DNA of 50,093 nucleotides, taken from Anaerolineaceae bacterium (GTDB taxonomy: Bacteria > Chloroflexota > Anaerolineae > Anaerolineales > Anaerolineaceae). The DNA lies in NCBI GenBank assembly GCA_036567625.1, contig DATCUC010000264.1:1-50093 (forward strand). Direction: 5' to 3'. The position numbers were made by a program, and so were the translations under genes. Every line of letters starts with the position of its first letter. Positions within the stretch are counted from its first letter, which is position 1. The notes under the pieces were generated by a model. It was not told the DNA's origin. It saw nothing but the letters and a program-made list of their open reading frames with translations, and ran no database searches. Shown one piece after another: positions 8,782 to 18,079 of the stretch.

Positions 8782-10176
8782 TTAAGGATACGGAACTTCC
8801 AGCCAATCCAATGGCTCGACCTGCACACCACCGACGGCGACTTCCCAATGCAGATGCGGCCCGGTCACGCGCCCGGTTCCGCCGATCTGGCCAATCAACT
8901 GGCCGGCCTCGACTTTATCTCCAACCTGTACGTTGATCTCCGCCTGATGGTAGTAGGCAGTAAAAACACCCCAACCGTGGTCAATAAAGGTAGCGTTGCC
9001 GCGCACGGTCATTGGACCGGCGAAGACGACTACGCCGGGCGCCGGGGCGTATATGTTCAAATTGGCGCATACGCCGTAATCCGCGCCGGTGTGGAAGTAA
9101 TCAAACCCGCCGCCGTTGTACGATCTGCGGTTGCCATACCAGGATTTGATGCACACCGGTTCATCAACCGGCACGCGGAAGAGCCCTTGCCAGTAGCGCG
9201 TGGGCGTAATCTGCGAATAGATGGCGGCCACCTGGTCGTCTTCGGGTTTGGTATTGGCCGGATCGATCGTCGTCGGGTCAACATACAGCGGCGGGTCTTG
9301 CGCGTAACCACCGACTTGCAGCAGTACCATCTGTTGGAAGGAGATGGTATGACCGTTCTCGGCTGTGCCGGTGAGCACGAAAGGCGCAAGCCCGGTTTTT
9401 GCCATGGCATGCACGCCCTGCAGCGCCACATACTGGTTATTGGCCGCATCGATGGCAAAGAAATTCAGCTTGCGGCCGTTCAAAGACCCGCCCAGGGTGA
9501 GCGGAGCCGTGGTGGTGACGCGCACCACAACGGTTTTGCCCTGCACCAGCGGCAGCGAATCGATTTGCAGCGAGGCAATGAAGGGGATGCCGGTATCGCT
9601 TTGAGCCTGGCTGCCGCCTTCATAGAACAGCGCTGAACCGGGGAGCGCATCCCACGCGCCGCTGAGCTGGTTGCTGGTCATCATCGCCCACGGGCTGACG
9701 TTGCTGCTGGCAGCGGCCTCAAGCAGTGATTGGCCGGCGGCCATCACGGTGCGGCCAGTCATCGGCGCATTGTTTTCATCCTGAGGGATGATAATGTTCG
9801 CCCCGGCGTAGACTTCATCCGGGCTGGTCAGCCGGTTAAGTTTGACCAGCATGTCCTGCGGAATGCGGTAGCGGCGGCTGAGGCTGGCGAGGTTTTCGCC
9901 AAGCGGGGCGCTTTCCGTAATCAGCCGTCCCTGCACGCCTTCCAGGCCGGGAATCACCAGTTCTTGACCGGCAGCAAGCATGTTGGGGTTTTCCAGGTTA
10001 TTAGCGCGGATCAGTTCATCCACGGAAACACCAAACCGCATGGCAATGACGTTGAGCGTATCACCGGATTGGACGACGTAGACCGGTCCGCTGGGGGTTT
10101 CCTGAGCAGAAACCTTCTGCAAGGGCAGCAGCAAGAATGTGCAAATGAGGAAGAGGCGAAGCAGATTATGGCGCAT
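8782..10176 (-). CDS. Secreted LysM-repeat / M23 family metallopeptidase (peptidoglycan hydrolase)
   Basis: It has a signal peptide 'LFLICTFLLLPLQKVSAQ'. Two LysM repeats are present ('YVVQSGDTLNVIAMRFGVSVDELIRANNL', 'ENLASLSRRYRIPQDMLVKLNRL'). The M23 zinc motifs are 'HTGADYG' and 'GPHLHWEV'. Confidence 0.85.
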   Translation of the reverse strand: MRHNLLRLFLICTFLLLPLQKVSAQETPSGPVYVVQSGDTLNVIAMRFGVSVDELIRANNLENPNMLAAGQELVIPGLEGVQGRLITESAPLGENLASLSRRYRIPQDMLVKLNRLTSPDEVYAGANIIIPQDENNAPMTGRTVMAAGQSLLEAAASSNVSPWAMMTSNQLSGAWDALPGSALFYEGGSQAQSDTGIPFIASLQIDSLPLVQGKTVVVRVTTTAPLTLGGSLNGRKLNFFAIDAANNQYVALQGVHAMAKTGLAPFVLTGTAENGHTISFQQMVLLQVGGYAQDPPLYVDPTTIDPANTKPEDDQVAAIYSQITPTRYWQGLFRVPVDEPVCIKSWYGNRRSYNGGGFDYFHTGADYGVCANLNIYAPAPGVVVFAGPMTVRGNATFIDHGWGVFTAYYHQAEINVQVGDKVEAGQLIGQIGGTGRVTGPHLHWEVAVGGVQVEPLDWLEVPYP

Positions 10177-10546
10177 CGGTTATTACGATTTGATCTCCCA
10201 CATGAAATTCCGGCAGGTATTCGGGGCGGGTTTCGAGTGTATAGCGGGCAGGTTTGGCGGGCATGTAGCTCGCGCGCCAGCGCAGCGCCTTCTGCGCGTC
10301 TACCACGCACAGGTTGTTATCGAGCCATACGACGGCAATGTCAAAACGCATAAACAGCATATGAATCGCGGCATTCAGCCGCGATTCGTTTGATTCCACC
10401 AGCAGCAGACCTTCGCGCTCGGCTAACGATTTGCGCAGCATCAATCCGCGAAAGCGGCAGAGGAAGGAATCGCAATATTTCGCCTGCAAGGGCGCGGAGA
10501 GGGGACTGGTCTGGTTGTGAAGGAGAATGCGCCGCATACCTTGCAA
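10166..10546 (-). CDS. DUF192 domain protein (COG1430)
   Basis: 126 aa. 'GLLLVESNESRLNAAIHMLFMRFDIAVVWLD...VVD' resembles the DUF192 core. It overlaps the M23 gene start by 11 nt. Confidence 0.6.
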   Translation of the reverse strand: MQGMRRILLHNQTSPLSAPLQAKYCDSFLCRFRGLMLRKSLAEREGLLLVESNESRLNAAIHMLFMRFDIAVVWLDNNLCVVDAQKALRWRASYMPAKPARYTLETRPEYLPEFHVGDQIVITDAP

Positions 10547-10555
10547 AAACGCTCG

Positions 10556-10948
10556 CTAGGCCGAAGCCCGGTCAAGCACGCGATCGATGCTATCTAGTAA
10601 TTCCTGGGGGCGGAAGGGCTTGCTGATGTAGTCATCCACCTTGGCGATATGCAGCCCGAGGACGCGGTCAATCGCCTGGGACTTGGCCGTGATAACGATC
10701 ACCGGGATATTGCGCGTCGTCTCATCGGCTTTGATCTGCTGGTAAACGTCCCAACCATCGACATCGGGCATCATGAGGTCCAACAGAATCAGGTCGGGCT
10801 TATCTTCCATCACCAGCTCCAGACCCTGTTTTCCCCCATGCGCGCCCTTTACCGTAAAGCCGCGACGGTTTAAAATCAACGTCACCAGGTCGATCATCTC
10901 TGGATCGTCTTCGATATAAATGATCGTGCAGATTTTTCCGCTTTCCAT
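10556..10948 (-). CDS. Single-domain response regulator (CheY-like receiver)
   Basis: Start at ATG 10948 with GAGGAG about 8 nt upstream. Receiver motifs are 'IIYIEDDPE', 'LILLDLMMPDVDG', 'PVIVITAK' and 'DDYISKPF'. The longer track ORF adds a non-homologous N-terminus. Confidence 0.85.
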   Translation of the reverse strand: MESGKICTIIYIEDDPEMIDLVTLILNRRGFTVKGAHGGKQGLELVMEDKPDLILLDLMMPDVDGWDVYQQIKADETTRNIPVIVITAKSQAIDRVLGLHIAKVDDYISKPFRPQELLDSIDRVLDRASA

Positions 10949-11012
10949 ATGGGAACTCCTCGCCTGATCATTCAAGTGTACCACAGCCTGAAAGCATGTC
11001 AAACAAAATCGC

Positions 11013-11777
11013 ATGAAAATCACAACCTGGAATGTCAATGGAATCCGCGCTGCAATGCGCAAGGGCTTTCGTGAGTGGGCGCATACTCACCAACCGGATA
11101 TTCTTTGCTTGCAAGAAGTAAAAGCCCGCCCCGAGCAGGTGGAAGGTATATCTGAAATTATCCCAGGTGGGCAAATCTACTGGAATCCCGCCGAACGGCC
11201 CGGTTACAGCGGCGTGGCGTCTTTTTGCCGCGTGCCACCGTTGAGCGTGCAAATGGGCCTGGAAGATCAACGCTTCGATAACGAAGGCCGGGTGGTGCGT
11301 ACGAGCTACCCGGATTTTACCCTGTTCAATATTTACTTTCCGAATGGACAGCGCGGCCACGAGCGGGTGACGTATAAGCTGGATTTCTATGCCCGGCTGC
11401 TGGACATTTGTGACCAGCTTCACGCGCAGGGCGAACAGGTAATCATCACTGGCGATTTCAATACCGCGCACCGCGAGATCGACCTGGCAAACCCACGGCA
11501 AAACAGCACGACCTCAGGGTTCTTGCCCGAGGAGCGCGTATGGATTGATTATTACCTGGCGCACGGTTTTGTGGATGCCTTTCGCAGCCTGTACCCAGAT
11601 AAGATCCAATACACATGGTGGACGTTCATCACCAATGCGCGGGCTCGCAACGTGGGCTGGCGGCTGGATTATTTCCTGGTTTCCAGCAGCCTGATGCCGC
11701 GCGTGCAGGATGTCGTTGTCCATGATGATATGCCTGGTTCGGATCACTGCCCGGTGACGCTGTACCTTTTGGATTAG
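11013..11777 (+). CDS. xth: Exodeoxyribonuclease III (AP endonuclease, EEP family)
   Basis: 254 aa. 'MKITTWNVNGIRA', 'DILCLQEVKA', 'VIITGDFNTAHREIDL' and 'GSDHCPV' are the canonical ExoIII/APE1 blocks. Confidence 0.9.
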   Translation: MKITTWNVNGIRAAMRKGFREWAHTHQPDILCLQEVKARPEQVEGISEIIPGGQIYWNPAERPGYSGVASFCRVPPLSVQMGLEDQRFDNEGRVVRTSYPDFTLFNIYFPNGQRGHERVTYKLDFYARLLDICDQLHAQGEQVIITGDFNTAHREIDLANPRQNSTTSGFLPEERVWIDYYLAHGFVDAFRSLYPDKIQYTWWTFITNARARNVGWRLDYFLVSSSLMPRVQDVVVHDDMPGSDHCPVTLYLLD

Positions 11778-11814
11778 ACAGCCCGGGTAACGGTGTGCAG
11801 CATTTCATATCATC

Positions 11815-11843
11815 TTGCCAGCCGGTCGAACCTCGTTTATACT
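11815..11843 (+). promoter_or_regulatory. Sigma70-like promoter for the NarL-type regulator gene
   Basis: The -35 TTGCCA (11815-11820), a 17-nt spacer and the -10 TATACT (11838-11843) are followed by RBS GAGGAG (11851-11856) and ATG 11863. Confidence 0.45.
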
Positions 11844-11862
11844 CAACGCAGAGGAGACACGC

Positions 11863-12516
11863 ATGACAAAACAGCGGATATTGTTGGTAGATGACCATGA
11901 AGTAGTGCGGCTGGGCCTGAAGGCCCTGCTTGAGCATCACCCGCAGTTTGAGGTGGTTGGCGAAGCCGGCACGGCAAAAGAAGCCATCGACCAGGTCGAA
12001 CGCCACCAGCCCGATGTTGTGCTCATGGATATCCGCTTACCTGGCGCGTCCGGCATCGAAGCCTGCGAGGAAATTGTGCAAAACTACCCGCAGACCCGGG
12101 TGATTATGTTGACCTCATACGCGGAAGATGAAATGCTGTTCTCCGCCATCCGCGCCGGGGCCTCTGGCTATGTGCTCAAGCAAATCGGCGGCGATGATCT
12201 GATCCGCGCCGTTGAAGCCGTCGGCCGCGGCGAGGCGATGCTCGATCCTTCCGTGACGCAGCGCGTCTTCCAGGAAGTGCGCCGCGCGGTGAAGGAAGAA
12301 GAAGCCTCTGCCTTTGCCAACCTGAGCCAGCAAGAGCGCCACGTACTCCTGTTGGTTTCCGAAGGGAAGACAAACCGTGAGATCGCCAAAGCGCTGTTTC
12401 TGGGTGAAGGCACGGTGCGCAATTATGTCAGCAGCATTCTGTCGAAGCTGGGCGTGAGCAACCGCGCCGAAGCCGCAGCGTATGCGGTAGAACATAATCT
12501 GCGCGAATATCTATAA
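11863..12516 (+). CDS. NarL/FixJ (LuxR-type HTH) family response regulator
   Basis: The receiver carries '[10 protein letters not shown]', '[10 protein letters not shown]' and 'GYVLK'. The C-terminal LuxR HTH is '[48 protein letters not shown]'. I chose the start by its RBS. Confidence 0.9.
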   Translation: MTKQRILLVDDHEVVRLGLKALLEHHPQFEVVGEAGTAKEAIDQVERHQPDVVLMDIRLPGASGIEACEEIVQNYPQTRVIMLTSYAEDEMLFSAIRAGASGYVLKQIGGDDLIRAVEAVGRGEAMLDPSVTQRVFQEVRRAVKEEEASAFANLSQQERHVLLLVSEGKTNREIAKALFLGEGTVRNYVSSILSKLGVSNRAEAAAYAVEHNLREYL

Positions 12517-12541
12517 ACCGCTCAGCAAGGTTTGCCAACAG

Positions 12542-12563
12542 GCGCAGCGCAGGCTGCGCTTTT
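12542..12563 (+). terminator. Rho-independent terminator between convergent genes
   Basis: The perfect 7-bp GC-rich stem GCGCAGC/GCTGCGC has loop GCAG and is followed directly by TTTT. It lies 26 nt after the regulator stop. Confidence 0.55.
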
Positions 12564-12574
12564 CGGTTAAGCGC

Positions 12575-13702
12575 TTATTGGAAATATATCTTCCCAATGT
12601 AATAGGTGTACACGAATTGCGAAATGACGCAAAGCACTGCCGTAGCAACCCCGGCGGCTTTCAGCCATTTTCGCGGTTGTAGTGTTTGCTGAGTGTACCT
12701 GTGCGCGATTACAAGCCCCAGGGGAAGGACGAGTAACCGGCCAAAGCGCACAAAGCCCCAGGTCAATCCTTCGTTGAGGCTCATCGCCATAATGAGGGCT
12801 GAAATGGCAACCGCGCAGCCAAATAGATAATATTTGGGTTTCCGCGTGAAGAGATACCAGAGAAGGAAAGCCGCCAACAAACCATAGCCTGTGGTTACCG
12901 TTCCTTTGAGCAAACTGGCTGCATCGCCTACCGCGAAGGACTCGAGGATGCCGTGAAACGGGTACCAAAGTTTATTGTCTTTGATCTCGTTAAGATTACT
13001 GCTCAGAATCCATTTCCAGTCATGATGATAACTGGCCCCGCCGATCCAGATAACGACCAATGGTGAAAGGATGATTAGCGGATATAGCAGCCATTTCCAG
13101 GAGAACTGCCTGCGCTGCCAGAATCCCCATGCCAGGAAGGAAAATGCGATAAAGGGCCAGATGGCTTTGTGCGTGATGACCGCTCCGGCCCAGGCCAATG
13201 ACCCCAGGAGCGGCTGGTTGCGCATAAACAGGAATATCCCCAAAAGGAAAAGAGCGATTACCAGGTAATCCGCGATCGGGTAGATCACGGCATACAGTCC
13301 CGCCAACGGCCAAAAGGCCAGCAGGAATGGCATGATGATCGTCACCGGATGATCGGGACCGACGAACAGCCGGCTGGTGCGATAGATAACGTACATGCTC
13401 AGCAACAGGCTGACACTGGTCACAAAGATCATGTAAAGCAGTGGTGGGAAGGTATTGGAGGTTATCCCACGCAGGGCGGCGATCAAAAGAGCGTAGCCGG
13501 GAACATGAAAAGTGTGGTAGGGCGCGCGCCAGTTCAGGCTGTCCTGCCAGTACGCAGCGACATCCGAGCGGAAGAGATCAAAGCGCAGGGCAGAAAACTC
13601 AAGTCCGATGGCAATGAGTGCCAGGAGCGTACCCAGCCCCAGCATGCCCAGGCGGTGGTTTCTCGCCGCAGTGTGGAGCAGATGCGAATGACCAGTTTCC
13701 AT
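12575..13702 (-). CDS. Polytopic integral membrane protein, possibly a GT-C-type glycosyltransferase
   Basis: 375 aa, very hydrophobic, with roughly 9-11 helix-length apolar segments, AT-richer than its neighbours. I recognised no catalytic motif, so the glycosyltransferase idea rests only on topology and size. Confidence 0.45.
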   Translation of the reverse strand: METGHSHLLHTAARNHRLGMLGLGTLLALIAIGLEFSALRFDLFRSDVAAYWQDSLNWRAPYHTFHVPGYALLIAALRGITSNTFPPLLYMIFVTSVSLLLSMYVIYRTSRLFVGPDHPVTIIMPFLLAFWPLAGLYAVIYPIADYLVIALFLLGIFLFMRNQPLLGSLAWAGAVITHKAIWPFIAFSFLAWGFWQRRQFSWKWLLYPLIILSPLVVIWIGGASYHHDWKWILSSNLNEIKDNKLWYPFHGILESFAVGDAASLLKGTVTTGYGLLAAFLLWYLFTRKPKYYLFGCAVAISALIMAMSLNEGLTWGFVRFGRLLVLPLGLVIAHRYTQQTLQPRKWLKAAGVATAVLCVISQFVYTYYIGKIYFQ

Positions 13703-13703
13703 A

Positions 13704-14549
13704 TTACCCGGCGACTTCTTGCCAGACTTTCGCCATGTACGCGGCGTCCTCTTCCATAGCCGGGCTTTCGCACAGAATTCTGCCGCCGCAGCCGCGTTCG
13801 AGCAAGGCGCGAAACAGGTCTTCCAGTAAGAAGTCTGATTCCTGGATGGGGAGATGATTTCGCTCGCCTTTGGCGCCGTACTCGATGCCGGAGAGGTGAA
13901 TATGCAGGGTCTTCAATGCGGGTTCGCCCAGCCTCTGCGCATAGGCATCAAGGACAGTCTGCCATTCGGTGTAGGTGTTCATCGAGCCATCGCCGGCGCG
14001 GGCGTGCAGGTGGGCGAAGTCAAGGCAGGGGGCCACGCCGGGGATGGCGCAGCTCATATCCAGCGTGTCTTCTAATGAGCCGATCATGGCTACTTTGCCC
14101 ATCGTTTCCGGCCGCAAGGTGACCGGGTTGCCCGCGGCGCGCAGTTCATCAACGCACTCGCGCAACCGCTGGATGGCGACTGGCATAACCTGCTCGCGCG
14201 GGCTGCCGAAGTATGAGCCGGGATGAAAGATGATATCTGTTGCCCCGGCGAGGTTTCCAAAGAATGCTGCATCCATCAACCGCTTGCGGGATTTGGGCCA
14301 TTCTTCATCGTCCGCGTTGAGGTTGATGAAGTAGGGAGCATGCACGCTGACCGCCACGTCATGGTCGATTCCGGCAGTTTTAATCAGGCAGCAGGTATCT
14401 TCGGTCACGCGCACCGACTGCACCCAGCCCAATTCAAATGCGCCCAAGCTCAACGTCCGGCAGTGCTGGATCGCTCCGGCGCTTCCGCCCGGCTTTTTCG
14501 GCGTCGAAATTGGCGCGCCGACGGTTCCAAACCGGAATGCAGTGTTCAT
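13704..14549 (-). CDS. TIM-barrel AP endonuclease family 2 protein (endonuclease IV-like)
   Basis: Start ATG 14549 with GGAGG 8 nt upstream. Metal-ligand blocks appear in EndoIV order: 'HAPYFINL', 'IIFHPGS', 'LRPETMG', 'LDFAHLHA', 'HIHLSGIEYGAKGERNH' and 'ILCESP'. Confidence 0.6.
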   Translation of the reverse strand: MNTAFRFGTVGAPISTPKKPGGSAGAIQHCRTLSLGAFELGWVQSVRVTEDTCCLIKTAGIDHDVAVSVHAPYFINLNADDEEWPKSRKRLMDAAFFGNLAGATDIIFHPGSYFGSPREQVMPVAIQRLRECVDELRAAGNPVTLRPETMGKVAMIGSLEDTLDMSCAIPGVAPCLDFAHLHARAGDGSMNTYTEWQTVLDAYAQRLGEPALKTLHIHLSGIEYGAKGERNHLPIQESDFLLEDLFRALLERGCGGRILCESPAMEEDAAYMAKVWQEVAG

Positions 14550-14571
14550 GGATAAACCTCCGAAATTGAGA

Positions 14572-14958
14572 TCAGGCAAACAGGCTTTGCAGCCGCAACC
14601 AGAGCGGCGGGCCAAGGATCAGCAAGCCAACGACAATGGCGCACAATGCGGCGATCAAAACAGCCGCCGCGCCTACGTCTTTTCCGGCTTTGGCCAGCGG
14701 GTGCTGCTGCGGGCTGGCCAGGTCAACGATTGACTCCAGCGCGGTGTTGATAAACTCGGCCGTCCACACCGCGCCGATGGTCAGCACCAGAACGGCCCAA
14801 TCGCGCAGCGGCAGGCGCAGCCAGGCAGCCAGCAAAATCACCAGCAGCGTCGCCAGAGAATGAATCCAGGCATTGCGCTGCGTGCGCAGCACATACCACC
14901 AGCCGGCGAAGGCATAACGAAAAGCGTAGATGCGCGTGCGCAGGAAGTTGCTGATCAT
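14572..14958 (-). CDS. dgkA: Diacylglycerol/undecaprenol kinase, DgkA family
   Basis: Start at 'MISNFLRTR'. Three TM segments and the blocks 'RTQRNAWIH', 'WTAEFINTALESIVD' and 'KAGKDVGAAAV' are typical of DgkA. Confidence 0.8.
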   Translation of the reverse strand: MISNFLRTRIYAFRYAFAGWWYVLRTQRNAWIHSLATLLVILLAAWLRLPLRDWAVLVLTIGAVWTAEFINTALESIVDLASPQQHPLAKAGKDVGAAAVLIAALCAIVVGLLILGPPLWLRLQSLFA

Positions 14959-14975
14959 TGCGTTTCGCGGTTGGG

Positions 14976-15449
14976 TTAATGGCCGCCGGAAATCAGCGGC
15001 CAGGAGCGGATATCGATCCCCAAGGAGTCCATAATCTGGTATTGGGCATTCCACATCACCTGGGTATCCGCGGGTTCGATGTGATCCATGCCGAGCAGGT
15101 GCAGCACGCCGTGTACAGCCAGGAGCTGCAGCTCGGCATCTACCGCGTGCCCGGCGTTAAGCGCCTGTTCCTGCGCGTACGGGTAAGAAATGGCAATATC
15201 GCCCAGATAACGATTTCCGGTGTCGGGGTCAACTTCATCAGCGGAAAATGCGAGAACATCTGTTGGCGCGTCCACGCCGCGAAATTCACTATTCAGGGCT
15301 TGCAGGTCATCATTTCCCTGGATGACGATGGTAATCTCGGTATCGGCGTCGATGTTCTGGTGTTGAAAAGCCGCCAGCGCGGCTTTTTCGACCAAATCCA
15401 GGCTGACCTGGTTCTCATATTCTTCCAAAACCTGAATATTGATGATCAT
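14976..15449 (-). CDS. ybeY: rRNA maturation endoribonuclease YbeY
   Basis: 157 aa. It has the zinc motif 'HGVLHLLGMDH' and the upstream block 'APTDVLAF'. Confidence 0.9.
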   Translation of the reverse strand: MIINIQVLEEYENQVSLDLVEKAALAAFQHQNIDADTEITIVIQGNDDLQALNSEFRGVDAPTDVLAFSADEVDPDTGNRYLGDIAISYPYAQEQALNAGHAVDAELQLLAVHGVLHLLGMDHIEPADTQVMWNAQYQIMDSLGIDIRSWPLISGGH

Positions 15450-17611
15450 GGCTGTTTTCCTTTGCCGGGCGTGGGCACGGTGGGTACATTTTCCGCCGCG
15501 CGACCGTCGCCGCCATCCACCGGCGCGACGGGTTTTATCTCGGGATACTGAATGCGCGGGTGGTAAGCATTCCGCAGCGCTTTGACAAACGTCTCGCGAG
15601 CAATTTGCAGGTCGCGGAAGGTCAGCCGGGTATCTTCCAACTGCTCTTCTTTCTGCAAGAAATCAAATACCTTTTTCACCAGGGCGCGCAGTTCGTCTTC
15701 GTTCTTGGGCGATTCTGCCCGAGCGCGCGCCTCTACGCCGTCCGCCAGCATCAACAGGGCGGTTTCGCGCGAGCGCGGGCGTGGCCCAGGATAACGAAAG
15801 CGTTCCATGTCCACTTTGGTGACATCACCTCCGGCGGCCTCCAGCGCGCGGGCGTACTGGTAGCGCGTAATTAGCGTGCCGTGATGCTCGCGGATAAAGT
15901 CCTGCACCGCAGGCGGCAGCCGGTAGCGCCGGGCCAGTGCGACGCCGTCATCGATGTGCTTAATGATGGTGGCCGCGCTGGCAGCCGGATCAATATCATC
16001 GTGCGGGTTGAGGTGGGCGATGCCCTGGTTTTCAATAAAGAACGAGGGGTTCGCCGCTTTTCCCGCATCATGGTACAGCGCGCCAACGCGCGTCAGCAGC
16101 GGGTCGGCGCCAATCGCTTCCGCGGCTTGCTCGGCCAGGTTGGAAACTTGCAGGCTGTGCTGGTAGCTGCCCGCGGCATTGTTCAAAATGTACTGCTGCA
16201 GCGGGTGGTCAGGGCGCATTAATTCCAATAGCTGCAAGGCAGTGGTCAAACCCAATAGCTGCGAGAAGAAATACTGCAGCAGCAGGGTAATGCTGGCGGA
16301 TGCCAGCCCATTGAAAAAGGATGCGCCCACCAGCGTGGCAATACCGATCAGGTCGCTGTAATTGTCGGTTAGCCGGTACGCCAGGATTACCGCGCTGCCG
16401 GCCACGCCAATGGCCAGCCCCGTCCAGAAAAAAGTATCCACGCGGCGGCCGCGGTTCAGCACCAGGATGCCGCACAGGCTGCTGAGGATGTAGAAGAGGG
16501 TCAGATCGAGGCTGTTATCTAACCCGTAGGCGGCAAGGATACTTAACACCAACGAGAAAACCATGCCGAACTCAATCGAGAACAGGGTGGAAACCGTCAG
16601 GCCGAAGGCTGCCAGAGGGTAGATGTAAGGGACGATGGCCCGGTTGGGTATGAGAAAGCGCGCGGCAAACAAAAAGGCCAAAAACGTAAGCGCGATAACC
16701 AGCAGGTTGCGCGGATTATTCAGCGCCTGGTTGTGCCGCCGGCGCACATATAAGCCAGTAAAGGCTGTCAGCACAACCACCAGCGCCCCGTCAGCGATCA
16801 AGTCGGGATAATCGCGGCGCGGCTGTACCAGGCCGTACTGCTCCAATGCTTCCCAAACGGTGGGGTTGATGATCTGCCCGCGGCGGACAATGATCTCTCC
16901 TGTCGCAAAGCTGCGGGTGATAGGTGCTACCGATTCTCGCGATTTTTGCCGGGCGGCCTGGGTCTGCTCTTCGCTGTACAGGCTGTTGGGCTGCAAGAAA
17001 GGCGAAACCAGGTTGGTGATCGTCAGCGCCAGGTCTTCGGGTAAGGAGTAGCTGATCAGCGTGGGGATACTGCGCCGTGCTGCGTCGACCTGATCTTCGC
17101 GGATGGTGCTGCGCATCACCTGTTCCAGCACTTTGAGCGATTCTTCCTGAACCATTTCCCAACGCGCTTCGCTCAGATTGAGGATCTGATTGGATAATTC
17201 ATCGTTAATTGGCACCGCGGAGATTTCTTCCAGGTCGCCCAGTTTTTGTTCCACGGTGGCAAATGCATCCTGGCGCACCGAATCCATATACGCCAGCGTG
17301 ACGCGCATTTGCTCAATTTGCCGCCGGGCAATGGCGGGGTCTGCGGGCAGATAAATCGGTTCAACTGCCAGTTCCGCGTTCTTCTGGGCATCCTCGGTCA
17401 GTATTTTGCTTTCGTAGGCCAGCGGCCACGGCGCAGTGATATCTTGTGACGCGACTTCCTGCAAGCGTACCTGATACGAAGATGGCCGCGTTGCAATCGG
17501 CAGCACCAGCGCGGCAAATGACAACACGCCCAGGGCAAACAGGATCAGCAACCGCAGCAATCCCTGCCGGGAATACCAGTGAGAAGGTTGATCCTGTGAT
17601 GCCAGGCGCAT
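15446..17611 (-). CDS. 7TM-HD membrane phosphohydrolase (PgpH/YqfF-like HDIG protein)
   Basis: 721 aa. An extracellular N-domain is followed by seven hydrophobic segments and then an HD domain ('HSLQVSNLAEQAA', 'ALYHDAGK', 'IREHHGT'). It sits in the conserved pgpH-ybeY-dgkA gene order. Confidence 0.8.
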   Translation of the reverse strand: MRLASQDQPSHWYSRQGLLRLLILFALGVLSFAALVLPIATRPSSYQVRLQEVASQDITAPWPLAYESKILTEDAQKNAELAVEPIYLPADPAIARRQIEQMRVTLAYMDSVRQDAFATVEQKLGDLEEISAVPINDELSNQILNLSEARWEMVQEESLKVLEQVMRSTIREDQVDAARRSIPTLISYSLPEDLALTITNLVSPFLQPNSLYSEEQTQAARQKSRESVAPITRSFATGEIIVRRGQIINPTVWEALEQYGLVQPRRDYPDLIADGALVVVLTAFTGLYVRRRHNQALNNPRNLLVIALTFLAFLFAARFLIPNRAIVPYIYPLAAFGLTVSTLFSIEFGMVFSLVLSILAAYGLDNSLDLTLFYILSSLCGILVLNRGRRVDTFFWTGLAIGVAGSAVILAYRLTDNYSDLIGIATLVGASFFNGLASASITLLLQYFFSQLLGLTTALQLLELMRPDHPLQQYILNNAAGSYQHSLQVSNLAEQAAEAIGADPLLTRVGALYHDAGKAANPSFFIENQGIAHLNPHDDIDPAASAATIIKHIDDGVALARRYRLPPAVQDFIREHHGTLITRYQYARALEAAGGDVTKVDMERFRYPGPRPRSRETALLMLADGVEARARAESPKNEDELRALVKKVFDFLQKEEQLEDTRLTFRDLQIARETFVKALRNAYHPRIQYPEIKPVAPVDGGDGRAAENVPTVPTPGKGKQP

Positions 17612-17616
17612 AATTG

Positions 17617-18063
17617 TTAGCTCTGCAGCAGTTTGCGAACCGTCTGGCTGACGCGGTCGTTTGCGGCGCGGCCTTGCAGCCGGGGCAGCAATTCTTTCAT
17701 TACTTTGCCCATATCATTTGGAACCGTTGCACCAACCTCGGCAATCACTGCCTGGGCTGCCGCCTGGAGTTCCGCATCCGTCAGCGGCTGCGGCAAAAAT
17801 TCCTCCAGAATGCTGATCTCTTCTTCCGCCAGGGCAATCAGGTCTGGGCGGCCGGCTTTTTGCGCGTCGGCAATCGTTTCGCGGCGGCTTTTCACCTCTT
17901 TTTGTAGCATGCCGGTTACTGCCAGATCGTCCAGCGGCCCGCCTTTTTCCACCTCGGCAAGTTTAATCGCCGACAGCGCGCTGCGAATGGCGCGCTTGCG
18001 CGGCTCGCTTTGCGCGCGCATGGCGTCTTTTAATGCGTTTTCCAGATTCAGCTTGGTTTCCAT
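17617..18063 (-). CDS. GatB/YqeY domain protein
   Basis: Start at 'METKLNLENALKDAMRA'. 'KEVKSRRETIADAQKAGRPDL' and 'MGKVMKELLPRLQGRA' match the YqeY family. Confidence 0.8.
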   Translation of the reverse strand: METKLNLENALKDAMRAQSEPRKRAIRSALSAIKLAEVEKGGPLDDLAVTGMLQKEVKSRRETIADAQKAGRPDLIALAEEEISILEEFLPQPLTDAELQAAAQAVIAEVGATVPNDMGKVMKELLPRLQGRAANDRVSQTVRKLLQS

Positions 18064-18079
18064 AATCGATCGCGGTTTC

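Noticed and set aside
8539-9636. 365-aa + strand ORF opposite the LysM/M23 peptidase gene. Similar long antisense ORFs lie at 5179-6036, 14958-15551, 17633-18424, 21603-22391, 26687-27331, 28731-29423, 30171-30953, 33358-34005, 34750-35433, 37943-38920, 41017-41631, 41704-42288, 45342-46220, 46783-47544, 47432-48139 and 48603-49469.
   Set aside because: Each lies antisense to, or out of frame with, a gene that has clear family motifs. Their translations are Arg/Gly/Ala/Pro/His-rich low-complexity strings typical of wrong-frame reading in GC-rich DNA, and no motif was recognised in any of them.
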